NCBI GenBank assembly: GCA_965227405.1 | Contig: OZ245758.1 | Coordinates: 1,705,693-1,769,692 of the forward strand | Source of the DNA: Polyangiales bacterium | Lineage (GTDB): Bacteria; Myxococcota_A; Polyangia; Polyangiales; Houyiibacteriaceae | Length of the DNA stretch: 64,000 nt | Direction: 5' to 3' | Shown: positions 46,167 through 56,228 of the stretch, piece by piece | Layout of the letters: each line of letters opens with the position of its first letter | Numbering within the stretch: position 1 is the stretch's first letter | Translations under genes and position numbers: made by a program | The notes under the pieces: generated by a model | Seen by the model: only the letters and a program-made list of their open reading frames with translations | The model's database searches: none | Told to the model about the DNA's origin: nothing

Positions 46167-47072
46167 TTAGGCTTCGGCGCGGCCCGAAAGTTCAGGACCC
46201 GCGTCGCTCAGCATTTCCAGAAGCGTTTCCTTCACGTCGCGAATCAGCGCGCTGTGGCGATGCTGTTTGCTCGTCACCACCCACACGTCCCACTCCAAGA
46301 TCAAATCGCTGACCCGTTGCAACTGCGTTTGCTTGTCGGCCATCACGCACGGCAGCAGAGCCACGCCGATGCCGCTTATGACCGCGGCCATGGTCGACGC
46401 GTAAGGAAACGCAATCAGTGCCTGCTCGGCTGGCGGCTCGAGGGTCTCGTTCCACTTCGAGCCGGGTGATGTCGCCGACGCAACCACGATTCGATGCCCC
46501 TCAAGTCCTCGAATTGGTCGTTGGGGCGTGCCGAATTTGCTGAGGTACCCGCAGCTCGCGTACACGGCGAATCCAAACGTACCCGCCTTGCGCGCCAGAT
46601 CGGCAGCGCCTCCAGGTGAGGCACCCTTGGGGTGGGTGCGAATCGCCAAGTCTGCTTCGTGACGACTGATGTCAACACGTGCGATGCCCGCCATCGTATC
46701 GAACGTGACGTCGGGAAAACGTTCTTGCAGCTGAGCGAGACGCGGGATCAAAAAGTCCATCGCCAAGATCGGACTTGCGGCAATACGGACCGGACCGTCG
46801 GCGGAGCCAAACATGGTCGCGGCTTTGGCGGACAGGTCTGCGATCGAACTTGCGACCTGACGAGCATAGGGTTCGATCGCGAGCCCCACGCTATTCAACT
46901 TGATGCCGGTCTTGGTGCGATCAAACACCGGACCGCCGAGCGCTTCCTCCAAGGCAGCAAGCCGTCGACTCACCGTGGAGTGGTCCACACCCAACGCCGC
47001 TCCGGCACCCTTGAGTGATCCACTTTCGCAGAGCGCCACAAACACCCGTACGTCATCCCATTTCAGCGGCAT
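46167..47072 (-). CDS. LysR family transcriptional regulator
   Basis: DDVRVFVALCESGSLKGAGAALGVDHSTVSRRLAALE is an HTH. ATG at 47072 preferred over TTG at 47087. Confidence 0.8.
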   Translation of the reverse strand: MPLKWDDVRVFVALCESGSLKGAGAALGVDHSTVSRRLAALEEALGGPVFDRTKTGIKLNSVGLAIEPYARQVASSIADLSAKAATMFGSADGPVRIAASPILAMDFLIPRLAQLQERFPDVTFDTMAGIARVDISRHEADLAIRTHPKGASPGGAADLARKAGTFGFAVYASCGYLSKFGTPQRPIRGLEGHRIVVASATSPGSKWNETLEPPAEQALIAFPYASTMAAVISGIGVALLPCVMADKQTQLQRVSDLILEWDVWVVTSKQHRHSALIRDVKETLLEMLSDAGPELSGRAEA

Positions 47073-47091
47073 CGACTCGAGGCGCAAACCT

Positions 47092-47106
47092 GCAAGAGGT
47101 GCTTGC
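47092..47106. promoter_or_regulatory. putative LysR-type box GCAAG-N5-CTTGC
   Basis: Perfect 5-bp inverted repeat 20 bp upstream of the lysR ATG, in the divergent region shared with the giant gene. Confidence 0.3.
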
Positions 47107-47160
47107 TCTTTTGTGGACTCCCCGACTGTAGGTGCACCTGGTTAGGGTGAGGCGTCCACC

Positions 47161-50100
47161 ATGAAAAGTCATGTGAATCCGCGGCTGTATCGGGGAGTTG
47201 CCGCAGTTTTCCCCTTGATTTTCACCCTTTTGGCCATGTTGGCGGTCGGCTGTAAAGACGGCCCCTCGAACCCAGAAGAGTCGACCTGTGTGCGTGATAA
47301 TGCACAGATCGATGAGCGCGCGGCGTGCGTGACCGATGAGCACTGCCCCTGCGGAGCCCACTGCTCGCTCGGTGAGTGCGTCGCCGACTGCCGGTCCAAC
47401 TCGGATTGCGATGGCGGCGAGCGCTGCGACCTGTTCGGGTACTGCCGCGACGAAAACGACACGACGCGCATTCCAGAGTTTGCGCCCGTCGAGCAAGGCA
47501 CGCTGGTACTCGGCGCGTCTCGTATGGACATCGACGACCCGGCCGAACCTGTGCGCGTTCGCATCTCGGCGCACGGGCGGGCACTTGGACCGATACGGGC
47601 ACTTGCCGAAGCCAACCTCGAAGTGAGTTGCGACGCGGGGACAACGTTCGCGCAAGAGTGTCGCTTCGATTCGCTCGAGGTGGACTCGTCTACCGAGGTG
47701 TGGGTCCAAGCCACCGAGCCCTTGGACGACGACGAAATTCGTGTCGTCCGCATCTTCACGGGCACTCAGCGCGACTTGGTCAGCTTCACCTCACCGACGA
47801 ACGTGCTTGCGGCGCTTGACCGATTGATCCCCACGGACGCACCGCGCGCGATTGGTGGACCCTTGGAAGGCACCTACCTTGGCCGCGCACGCTTGGTGCG
47901 CTCTTCCGTCAGCGACAATCCCAGCAGCATAGGTGAACGACTGAGCTCCCCCGAGGTCTTCGAGATCAGTGCTGAGATTCACGCGGACGCCGACGTGGGC
48001 TCCGCAATCGTCGCGCTGCAGGACCCCGCAGCGATTCTCGCCGGAACCGAAGAATGGATCGCGGACCTCGATGTCGCCGCAGACGGAACCGGCACCATCG
48101 ATTTTCCGACCACGCTTCTTCACACGGGCATGGCTTCGTTTGGCGAACCCGTGGAGATCCTTCTCGAGACGCCACCCGCTGACGTTCTCGTCGACGTCGT
48201 TGGCGCGCGCACGGTTTCGTTCACGCTCACGACGCGTCAGGTCGGCTCATTGACCAGAGGCCTGGCGGTGCAGTCGGCGTGGAGCATCACGCTCTTTCGC
48301 GTGGGAGATTTGGAAAGCGCGACGCGCCCGACCGTGCCCGCAGACGCGACCGCAAGCGTGGATGCCACGCGAGCCAACCTCGACACGAATCTGGAGTCCG
48401 TCATTGACACGGAGCTTCTTGGGTTGGTGTCCAGCCCCGATCATCTCTTCGGGGTTCGCAACAGCGTATGGCCAGCCTTCGAAGGTGCTGGAGACAATCT
48501 GATCGCCTGCGCGCTTCCTTCGCCCAACCAGGAGGTCATCGATAGCGCGTGGATTGCGTTCTTCGCGGACGAAGAGATCCCGATTGGCGGAACATCCTCG
48601 ACATTTGAGTTTTCCGCGCAAAGGCTGTGGATCGAAACCGACCTTGAGATGTACCTGATGTCACCTGACACCAGTCCGCTTCTCGAGCTCGTTGCCGCCG
48701 ACCATCTCGAAGAGAACCCCATCACGGGCTTTGGTACGGAGCATTTCTTTGCCTTCAGCGCGCCAAGCTTTGACGGCGCGTTGCCCTGCGAGTTCGATTC
48801 GTCGGCTGACATCATCCAGTCGAGCAACGGCGCATGCGGGGGCGACCCACGGATCAACGCGATTTACCCCCTCAACAACAGCACACCGGTGGACGTATGC
48901 GCCGAGATGGCCGCGAGATACGACTGCGAAATCGTCGATTCGGCACCCGGCGACGTGGCGACGATGCACGCCGAGATGCGAACCCAGGGAATCGAATTCG
49001 GCTGCGGCAACCAGTACGACCAAGACATCGAGCTCCAAGTTCAGCGCCGGTGCGTGTTTCCTGATCCGCCCGAGCCTCACTTGGTGCCCCGCCGCTGCGG
49101 TGAGCTTGCGAGCTGCTTCGACCCGAGCTCCGTCGCACCCGAGCCCGACGGAGGCATTGGCGGCTCGGCACGCTTCGGGTCGACGGTCGAAACTATCTCT
49201 GGTGACCTTCAATGCGACGTGGGCTCTGGTGTGCGCGGCGCCATGCTCGCGGTCGATCTCAACGAGGCCGATCTGAAAGCGCCTGCGATGCTCCGGGCAT
49301 GCATCGCGGAGTTGGAGGCATTGAACGACGACCCGAGCGCGGCGACCGGTCTGGGCGAGCTCTTCGCGCCAGCCGAGTGTGTGAACGCAACCCGCTTGTT
49401 CTACGCCGCGAGCCAAGCGCTGGAGTCGACTCGCGTCCGTACGGCGAATCCGAGGATCTCGATCCGCGCTGACGAGGAAGCACTCGCCATCCGGCTCTTG
49501 CAACGCTGGGTGCAGCTGCATGGGTTCATCGCCCGCCAGTCCGCTCAAGCCGAACGCTTGGCGCAGTTGATTCGACGACTCGATCCCTCCGACGACGCGC
49601 TTCCTCCACCGATCGACGAAGTGTTGGCGAGTTCGCTGCAGGGCTGGAACCTCTTGCTCCACCCTCGTTTTGCCGACGCGATCGCGAACCTGGATCCGGC
49701 AACAGTCGCATCGCCCGACTACCGTTCACGGACCGCGCCCGCGTTTGTCGATCCGGTACTGAGTGGTCGAGAGCAAGGCGACGGACTCGCGGTTGCCATC
49801 CTCGACACGCTGACCGCCCAAATGGAGCTGGTTGAGGTTCGACTGGAACGAGCACAACGCACGGGTGACCTCGAAGCTCTCGATCGCGCTTTTGAGGTGC
49901 TGCGTCATGTAAACCTGATGCGCCCCCTCGCACAGCACCTGTTCAATCAAGCATCGAGCACGGGCATTCCGGTCTGGCAGGAACGCTACCAACGCGCTCA
50001 GGTGCAACTGGACGGCAACATCGCGAGCGCCTTTGTGCAAATGCAATCGATCCGTGAAGGCCGCAATCCATTCGGGATCGAAGAAGACGATCTTCCGCTC

Positions 50101-52422
50101 TACTTCTTGGCGGACACAATTGGTGCGGGAGGACGCTTCACCGCCATCTCGGATTTCCTCTTGGGACCGAACCCTGCGGCCGCCAGTAACTTCGCTCCGT
50201 TCTCGATTCGTCAGGCTGCGGAGTCGCTCGATGATGCACGTGACGCGTGGACCGCATTTCGCGACCGAGAAACGCAACGTATGCAGTCCGCGGCAGAGCT
50301 CGACGAACGCCTCGAAGAGATCAATCTCCGCTTCGGTGGCGAACTAACCAGCTACTGCGGTGCACCTGCGGGACTCGACACGGTAGACGTGCTCGACGGT
50401 TGGGATGCCGCACACGGCGAGGCGTTCAATGCCGAAACATGCTTCTACAACCGCGACGAGCCAGGTTGTTCGTTCGACCTAGGCACGTGGGCGCAAAACG
50501 TCACCACAGATGACCTGCTCTTCCAATACTGCGTGGCGGATGAACTCGCGCAACGCACTGGTGAACTGCCGGCGCTTGAAGTCGAGTCGACACGCGAGGT
50601 GCTGGAAGACTTCATGGCGTGTGCATCCGACGCGGTCTTCCCAGTCACATGCGGCACCGGCTCGTGCATGGAATGTCGCAGCGGAACCGTGATCTTCGAA
50701 CCGCAGCCGGCCGTACTCAATGGTCTGGTCAACGGTGCACCGAACGGCGTCATCGATGCCGCGCGCGCATCGTGTCGCACCCAGTTCCCCACTGCGATCC
50801 CCAATCTTCCCGGCCTGGCAGAGATCAACGTGCCCGCGCTCGAAAACGCCGCGTGCTACCGAGGCTCGTTGGGGCAGGCTGCGCTCACCGCACGTGCTGT
50901 AGCGCAAGACGTCGAAATCGCGCGTTCGGAGTTTGCCGAGTTCCAAGAACGCTACGACATCGCCATGAACAGCTGCATGATTTTGCAGTTGGGCAACATG
51001 TCGCTTGAGTCTGCCACGGCGACCCACAACGCAACCATGCGCAGACTGCGCAACTCGAAACTCGCCGCCGATGCAGTCGCGAACTCTGCGCGTGCCGTCA
51101 AAGAGTGCGCCGCGACGGCAGGTTCGCCGGGTAACCCGTATGCTGCTGGTGCGTCATGTGCCGCAGGCGCAGCCGAAGGCGTTGCCGAGTCGGTGTCGGA
51201 TGCGTTTCAGCGCGACATGGAGGAAGCGCAGGACAACCACGATGCATTGATGGCGATGATCGAAAACGACATCGCCGAAGATCAGTGCTTCAACGACGCA
51301 GAGATGGAGCTCGTGGGTGTGCGCACCGCAGGGCTCCGCATTCAACGAGCGGCCTCGGACCTCCAGCTTGCCCTCTTTCAGATGAGTGAGCTGCAGATCC
51401 TGGCGACCACCGCATACAACGATGGACGTGGGTCGCTCGAGGCGGCCCGAGACCGCGCGGTCGCGCCGATGGCTCACGACTACTGGCTCGACGAGAAGCT
51501 GGAGACCTACGTGCGCCGTATGCGCAATGCGACTCGCATCGCGTACCTGACCGTGCGTGCCGTCGAGTACGAGTTCCAGCAGAGTCTTGACGCGCGAGGC
51601 CTCGTGTTGGCGGCAGAAGTCCCCGATGATCTGGAGCAAGCGCTCGACGAGCTTTGGTCGACCGCAGGCACTCGTCGGATCAACGGCAATGCGCCGACCG
51701 ATCTCAAGGTTGTCGTGAGTCTCAAGCGCAACTTGCTCCAGCTCGCGAACAACGCGAGCCAACCTCCGGGATACTCCGCGCTCACCGACACCGATCGGCT
51801 GCGCCTGCTTCTCCTGGATCCGCGCTACGAGGTGTACGAGGACGGCGAGTTCGTCGGCCGCGCGATCCCGTTCAACCTGGCACCGCTGGAGGAGCTCGGA
51901 CTAGGTCGCACCGCGGGTGTGTCTGTGTTTGCTCGAAACTCGTGCGCCGAGCGCCTGTGGAGTGTGAATGCGACGATTCACGGGGATGAGGATCGACTCT
52001 TCATCGGGGACGACCCTTCGTTCGTCGACATCCAACTCTTGAAGGCCAACACGTTCTATAGCCAGTGGTGTACCGACGGGGCCGACACCGACTTTCAAGA
52101 GGCCAGTGTGCGTCCCTCGCGAAACCTCTTTGCAGATCCAAGCTCAGGGTCGCTCGTCGGTGACGAACTGGGGTTGGGCAACGAGACCAGCTTGTTCAGC
52201 CGAGCTCGCATGCAGGCATTCTTCAATGTCGATCGCGACGAGTTCTCGGAAGACGACTTCGCGAACGGAGACAGCACCGAACTCGCAGCGCGTGGCCTGT
52301 ACGGACGCTACGCCATCTTCCTCCCCGCCGGTGTTCTCAGCGACGGAGGAAGTGACGGACTTAACCTCAATGCGATCGAGGATATCTTGCTGCGCTTGGA
52401 CTACGTATCGGTGGCTCGGTGA
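47161..52422 (+). CDS. giant (1753 aa) secreted lipoprotein with N-terminal Cys-rich module
   Basis: Lipobox LAVGC. CxDxxCxCGxxC-style module in residues 40-100. The remainder has no recognised domain. Confidence 0.7.
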   Translation: MKSHVNPRLYRGVAAVFPLIFTLLAMLAVGCKDGPSNPEESTCVRDNAQIDERAACVTDEHCPCGAHCSLGECVADCRSNSDCDGGERCDLFGYCRDENDTTRIPEFAPVEQGTLVLGASRMDIDDPAEPVRVRISAHGRALGPIRALAEANLEVSCDAGTTFAQECRFDSLEVDSSTEVWVQATEPLDDDEIRVVRIFTGTQRDLVSFTSPTNVLAALDRLIPTDAPRAIGGPLEGTYLGRARLVRSSVSDNPSSIGERLSSPEVFEISAEIHADADVGSAIVALQDPAAILAGTEEWIADLDVAADGTGTIDFPTTLLHTGMASFGEPVEILLETPPADVLVDVVGARTVSFTLTTRQVGSLTRGLAVQSAWSITLFRVGDLESATRPTVPADATASVDATRANLDTNLESVIDTELLGLVSSPDHLFGVRNSVWPAFEGAGDNLIACALPSPNQEVIDSAWIAFFADEEIPIGGTSSTFEFSAQRLWIETDLEMYLMSPDTSPLLELVAADHLEENPITGFGTEHFFAFSAPSFDGALPCEFDSSADIIQSSNGACGGDPRINAIYPLNNSTPVDVCAEMAARYDCEIVDSAPGDVATMHAEMRTQGIEFGCGNQYDQDIELQVQRRCVFPDPPEPHLVPRRCGELASCFDPSSVAPEPDGGIGGSARFGSTVETISGDLQCDVGSGVRGAMLAVDLNEADLKAPAMLRACIAELEALNDDPSAATGLGELFAPAECVNATRLFYAASQALESTRVRTANPRISIRADEEALAIRLLQRWVQLHGFIARQSAQAERLAQLIRRLDPSDDALPPPIDEVLASSLQGWNLLLHPRFADAIANLDPATVASPDYRSRTAPAFVDPVLSGREQGDGLAVAILDTLTAQMELVEVRLERAQRTGDLEALDRAFEVLRHVNLMRPLAQHLFNQASSTGIPVWQERYQRAQVQLDGNIASAFVQMQSIREGRNPFGIEEDDLPLYFLADTIGAGGRFTAISDFLLGPNPAAASNFAPFSIRQAAESLDDARDAWTAFRDRETQRMQSAAELDERLEEINLRFGGELTSYCGAPAGLDTVDVLDGWDAAHGEAFNAETCFYNRDEPGCSFDLGTWAQNVTTDDLLFQYCVADELAQRTGELPALEVESTREVLEDFMACASDAVFPVTCGTGSCMECRSGTVIFEPQPAVLNGLVNGAPNGVIDAARASCRTQFPTAIPNLPGLAEINVPALENAACYRGSLGQAALTARAVAQDVEIARSEFAEFQERYDIAMNSCMILQLGNMSLESATATHNATMRRLRNSKLAADAVANSARAVKECAATAGSPGNPYAAGASCAAGAAEGVAESVSDAFQRDMEEAQDNHDALMAMIENDIAEDQCFNDAEMELVGVRTAGLRIQRAASDLQLALFQMSELQILATTAYNDGRGSLEAARDRAVAPMAHDYWLDEKLETYVRRMRNATRIAYLTVRAVEYEFQQSLDARGLVLAAEVPDDLEQALDELWSTAGTRRINGNAPTDLKVVVSLKRNLLQLANNASQPPGYSALTDTDRLRLLLLDPRYEVYEDGEFVGRAIPFNLAPLEELGLGRTAGVSVFARNSCAERLWSVNATIHGDEDRLFIGDDPSFVDIQLLKANTFYSQWCTDGADTDFQEASVRPSRNLFADPSSGSLVGDELGLGNETSLFSRARMQAFFNVDRDEFSEDDFANGDSTELAARGLYGRYAIFLPAGVLSDGGSDGLNLNAIEDILLRLDYVSVAR

Positions 52423-53445
52423 CTACCAACGACCCATGATGCGGCTGATGAAATCGTAGGGGTAGCCAAAAGCCGGCTTGGTGACCTCGTTGAGCTTCTC
52501 GACCGCATCCGCTGGCAGCTCCAGCGTCGCTGCGTGAAGGTTGTCGTCGAGCTGCTTGCGGTTTCGCGCACCGAAGATCACGGAACTCACCGATGGTTGA
52601 GCAATCAACCACGCCAACGCGACTTGCGGCACGGACGCATCCACTTCAGCAGCCACCGAGCGCAGCAAATCCACCGCTTCCCACTCACGATCTCCAAACC
52701 GGCCAAAGCGCTCCTGCCACTTCGCGTACCGCGAGCCTTCGGTCGGCGCTTGGTCGCGGTGGTACTTGCCGGTCAGGAAGCCGCCGGCCAGAGGCGACCA
52801 GGGCAGAATCCCAAGTCCGTGTTCTTGGCAGAGCGGAATGTGCTCGCGTTCCAAGTTCCGTTCGACCAACGAGTACTGGGCTTGCAGCGTCACGAATCGC
52901 TCCAGTCGTTGTGTGCGACTGGTCCATAAACTATCGGCCAAACGATATGCCGCGTAGTTCGAACAGCCGACGTACCGAACCTTCCCTGCGCGCACGAGAT
53001 CGTCGAGGGCCCGAAGCGTTTCCTCCTCGGGCGTGTTCGTGTCCTGCATGTGGATTTGATACAGGTCGATGTGATCGGTCTGCAGGCGACGCAGCGAATC
53101 TTCGCAGCACTTGATGATGCGATAGCGCGATGCACCGCTCTTGTTCGGACCGCTCCCCATCACGAAGCGAAACTTGGTCGCGAGCACTACTTCGTCACGC
53201 CGACCATGCTTCTCAAAGAAGCGACCGATCACCCGTTCGCTCAGTCCGTCTTGACCGTACACGTCTGCGGTGTCGATGAAGTTGCACCCTTGGTCGAGCG
53301 CGTGACTCAGCAGCTGGTGGCTTTCGTCTTCCGGCGTGCCCAGCTGGTGCATGAAGCTGTTTTCGTCCGCTTCGCCAAACGTCATTGTGCCGAAGCAAAC
53401 AGTCGATACGTTGAGCCCGGTGCTTCCTAATTGGCGGTATTTCAT
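52423..53445 (-). CDS. aldo/keto reductase
   Basis: MKYRQLGSTGLNVSTVCFGTMTFG is a canonical AKR N-terminus. DTADVYG and catalytic-tetrad context follow. Confidence 0.8.
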   Translation of the reverse strand: MKYRQLGSTGLNVSTVCFGTMTFGEADENSFMHQLGTPEDESHQLLSHALDQGCNFIDTADVYGQDGLSERVIGRFFEKHGRRDEVVLATKFRFVMGSGPNKSGASRYRIIKCCEDSLRRLQTDHIDLYQIHMQDTNTPEEETLRALDDLVRAGKVRYVGCSNYAAYRLADSLWTSRTQRLERFVTLQAQYSLVERNLEREHIPLCQEHGLGILPWSPLAGGFLTGKYHRDQAPTEGSRYAKWQERFGRFGDREWEAVDLLRSVAAEVDASVPQVALAWLIAQPSVSSVIFGARNRKQLDDNLHAATLELPADAVEKLNEVTKPAFGYPYDFISRIMGRW

Positions 53446-53522
53446 GTCGCCCTTTGTCGGGCCCAAGCATCCATCACGCAAGACTTCATGACAGCCCTTT
53501 ACGTGTATGTCAGCCTTCCGCC

Positions 53523-54581
53523 GTGTCGTTGCCGCTGATCCCGCCGAAGGCCGCGAAAGCGCTCGGCTACTCGCTCGACGAAATTGCCATCGAGCTCACC
53601 GTGTACTGCAACCTTCGCTGCAAGATGTGCAGCGTGTGGGAAATCCGTGAACACGGTGTCCCACTCGATCTCGCCAAGAAGATCTTGGACGACGCGCGCT
53701 CGCTGGGCGCCAAGCACTTCACGCCCTGCGGTGCAGAGTCGTTCATGCGCAAAGACTTTCTCGACATCGTCGAGCACGCGCATAGCATCGGGTTCACCAA
53801 ACAAGATGTGGTGACCAACGGCACGATGATCACCGACGAACATCTCGATCGTTTGCAGCAGGTGCCGTCGATCGAACTGCACATCTCGATCGACGGGCCC
53901 GAAGACGTACACGACGACCTGCGTGGTGAAGGCAACTACGCCAAGTCCGTGGAGACCGCGCGCAAGTGCATCGAACGGGGTATCGCGGTCGGCTTGAGCG
54001 GCGTGATTCTCAAAGAGTCGCTGCCCCACTTAAAGGCGCTGGTGACACTCGCGCACAACTTGGGGATCGGCGAAGTAAGTTTCCAGCCTTTCCAAACAGA
54101 GATCAGCGGACCCGAAAAAGACATCGCGCGCTTCTCCCTGATGCGAACACCGCGAGACCAAATCGTGGCGTGTCTTGAGGACCTTGCCGAGCACGCCGAG
54201 AAGCTGGGCGTGAAGATCTTCACCGAGTCGCTGTTCGGCGTCATCCCGGACTACCTGGCATTCGGCAAGCGACCCATCCCGCCGGGCGGCTGCTTTTTGC
54301 CCAGTAAATTCCTGCTGATCGACTGGCGGGGAGACGTGTACCCCTGTTTCTTCATGCGAAGTGAAGCGGATCGCATGGGGAACGTCTACAACGACGTGAT
54401 CACCGACATCTGGCATTCGGCACACCATCGTCAGCTGCAAACGCTGGCGCTGACTGAGCGCTGCCCGGGATGTCTTGCCGCGTGCAGCGACGTCGAGAGT
54501 TTCGACGACGCCGACCAACAAGCCGACGTCACCTACGCCCCGCCGCGTCAGGTGCTGCTCGACGCCATGGAGAAAGCGTGA
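53523..54581 (+). CDS. radical SAM / SPASM-domain protein 1
   Basis: YCNLRCKMC (CxxxCxxC) near the N-terminus. C-terminal Cys cluster CFF...CPGCLAAC is typical of SPASM or twitch domains. GTG start inferred, with no in-frame ATG upstream of the cluster. Confidence 0.7.
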   Translation: MSLPLIPPKAAKALGYSLDEIAIELTVYCNLRCKMCSVWEIREHGVPLDLAKKILDDARSLGAKHFTPCGAESFMRKDFLDIVEHAHSIGFTKQDVVTNGTMITDEHLDRLQQVPSIELHISIDGPEDVHDDLRGEGNYAKSVETARKCIERGIAVGLSGVILKESLPHLKALVTLAHNLGIGEVSFQPFQTEISGPEKDIARFSLMRTPRDQIVACLEDLAEHAEKLGVKIFTESLFGVIPDYLAFGKRPIPPGGCFLPSKFLLIDWRGDVYPCFFMRSEADRMGNVYNDVITDIWHSAHHRQLQTLALTERCPGCLAACSDVESFDDADQQADVTYAPPRQVLLDAMEKA

Positions 54582-55789
54582 ACCTGCCGCTGCCCGTCGC
54601 TGAGGCGCTTCCGACCAGCTCTGTCACCAAAGTGAAGACTCGCACCTGTTCCTGCGGCGAAGTTGTTTCGCATCGGATGAGTGGTCTGGAAGCGCTGGAA
54701 ACCCAAATCTGCCCGAAGTGCGGTAACGAACTGCTCTTTACGAACTACGAGCGGATGGACATCGCGATGAGCGAGTACTGCAACCTCACCTGTCAGATGT
54801 GTCGGCGTCCTTCGGAAACGTTGTTCATGGACGCCGAGGTGTGCAAGCGAGTGGTGAGCGAAGCAGCACAAATCGGAATCGAAACGGTGAGCTTCTCCGG
54901 TGGCGAACCGTTTGTTCATCCCAAGATTCTGGAGATTCTGGAACACGCGTTTTCCGTGGGCGTGAAAGTCCAGATGGTCAGCAACGGCACGCTGATCAAA
55001 GAGAAGCACCTCGACCTGCTGAGCAACCTCGATTGCCTGACGATCAGCATCGACGGAACTGAGGACGCGCACGACCACATTCGCCAACGTAAAGGTACGT
55101 GGAAACGCAGCATGCAGACGCTGAGGCTGCTGACCGAGAAGTCCGACATTCAGTGGGGCACCAACACGGTGATGCAGAAGGACAACTGGCACTGTCTGCT
55201 CGACTCGTTCCGCGCCATTCAGGAAGTCGGTGGATTCAAGTACGCCTACTGCGGCTTTTCTCACGTCGAAGTCGTTCCCGAAATCGCGCATCTGCAGATG
55301 ACCAAAGAGCAGAGCCAGAGCGCGTTTCAGCAGATTCAGCAGATCGAGAAGGAGTGCGCCAAAACCAACACGTGGTTCAACGACCGCGAGATGCTTTTGC
55401 AGCACTTCGATACGTACGCGCAGAAGTCCGACCGCTATCGGCCTATGGACGGCTGCAAGATTCCGCAGAAGTTCATCGGGTTTTCCGACCACGGGTTCTA
55501 CCTGTGTTGGCACCAAGGCCGGAACATCAAAATGGACTCGTTGATCGACGCGCTTCGCACGGACGTGGCGCGAGATATCGTTCGCGAGGGACTCGAGAAG
55601 CGGTGTGTGGCGTGCAACTGCTTCAACTACTCGTGGGATGACGAGTGGAACGCCGGGATCATGGCGAGTGCACGTGCAGGCGACAGCGTCGCGGGTGTGA
55701 TCGCATTCAAAGATCCTTCGCGCGTAAAGCTCAAGCTAGTGAGCGGTGGTGCAGGCAACACCATCGATATGCACGACGACGGGGTGTAG
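54578..55789 (+). CDS. radical SAM / SPASM-domain protein 2 with N-terminal zinc-ribbon
   Basis: GTG overlaps the upstream TGA (GTGA). Zinc ribbon CSCGEVV...CPKCGNE. rSAM YCNLTCQMC. C-terminal CLCWHQG...CVACNCF. Confidence 0.7.
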   Translation: MNLPLPVAEALPTSSVTKVKTRTCSCGEVVSHRMSGLEALETQICPKCGNELLFTNYERMDIAMSEYCNLTCQMCRRPSETLFMDAEVCKRVVSEAAQIGIETVSFSGGEPFVHPKILEILEHAFSVGVKVQMVSNGTLIKEKHLDLLSNLDCLTISIDGTEDAHDHIRQRKGTWKRSMQTLRLLTEKSDIQWGTNTVMQKDNWHCLLDSFRAIQEVGGFKYAYCGFSHVEVVPEIAHLQMTKEQSQSAFQQIQQIEKECAKTNTWFNDREMLLQHFDTYAQKSDRYRPMDGCKIPQKFIGFSDHGFYLCWHQGRNIKMDSLIDALRTDVARDIVREGLEKRCVACNCFNYSWDDEWNAGIMASARAGDSVAGVIAFKDPSRVKLKLVSGGAGNTIDMHDDGV

Positions 55790-56227
55790 ATGCGACGGTT
55801 CGGGCTTTGTTTGGTGTGCTTGGTGGTGGGTGTGTTGTCTGTAAGCGCACAAAACGACCAAGAAGTTCTCGGCCCTGGCCTTTACATCTACCAAACGCGA
55901 ATCACCGAAGCGTCATGCAACGACGCGACGCGTACCGGGTATGTCGACAGCTACGTCGCGGCGATCAACGGGATTCCGCGGAGTCGTTCGATGGACATGA
56001 TGCTCACCAACAGCGACTACTGGAAAGAGTGGGACATCAACATCCAAGCCAACGGAACCGTGGTCGGGACGGCTCGAGTACGAAACCGTTCAGCGCGGTT
56101 CGAAGTTCGTCGGAACGGTTCTCGTTTTACCGGCACCGGTTTTCGCGAGTACACGTCGAATGGAACGCGTTGTCGGATCGAGTTCGACGCATTATTGCGG
56201 CGGATAGACGTGCAGACACGGCGCTAA
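55790..56227 (+). CDS. 145-aa secreted protein coupled to rSAM protein 2
   Basis: TAG and ATG are adjacent. Signal MRRFGLCLVCLVVGVLSVSAQ. The mature part is Asn/Arg/Thr/Gly-rich with 2 Cys. Confidence 0.55.
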   Translation: MRRFGLCLVCLVVGVLSVSAQNDQEVLGPGLYIYQTRITEASCNDATRTGYVDSYVAAINGIPRSRSMDMMLTNSDYWKEWDINIQANGTVVGTARVRNRSARFEVRRNGSRFTGTGFREYTSNGTRCRIEFDALLRRIDVQTRR

Positions 56228-56228
56228 C

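Noticed and set aside
48661-49662. 333-aa minus-strand ORF inside the giant gene
   Set aside because: Antisense to the 1753-aa ORF. No signal or motif.
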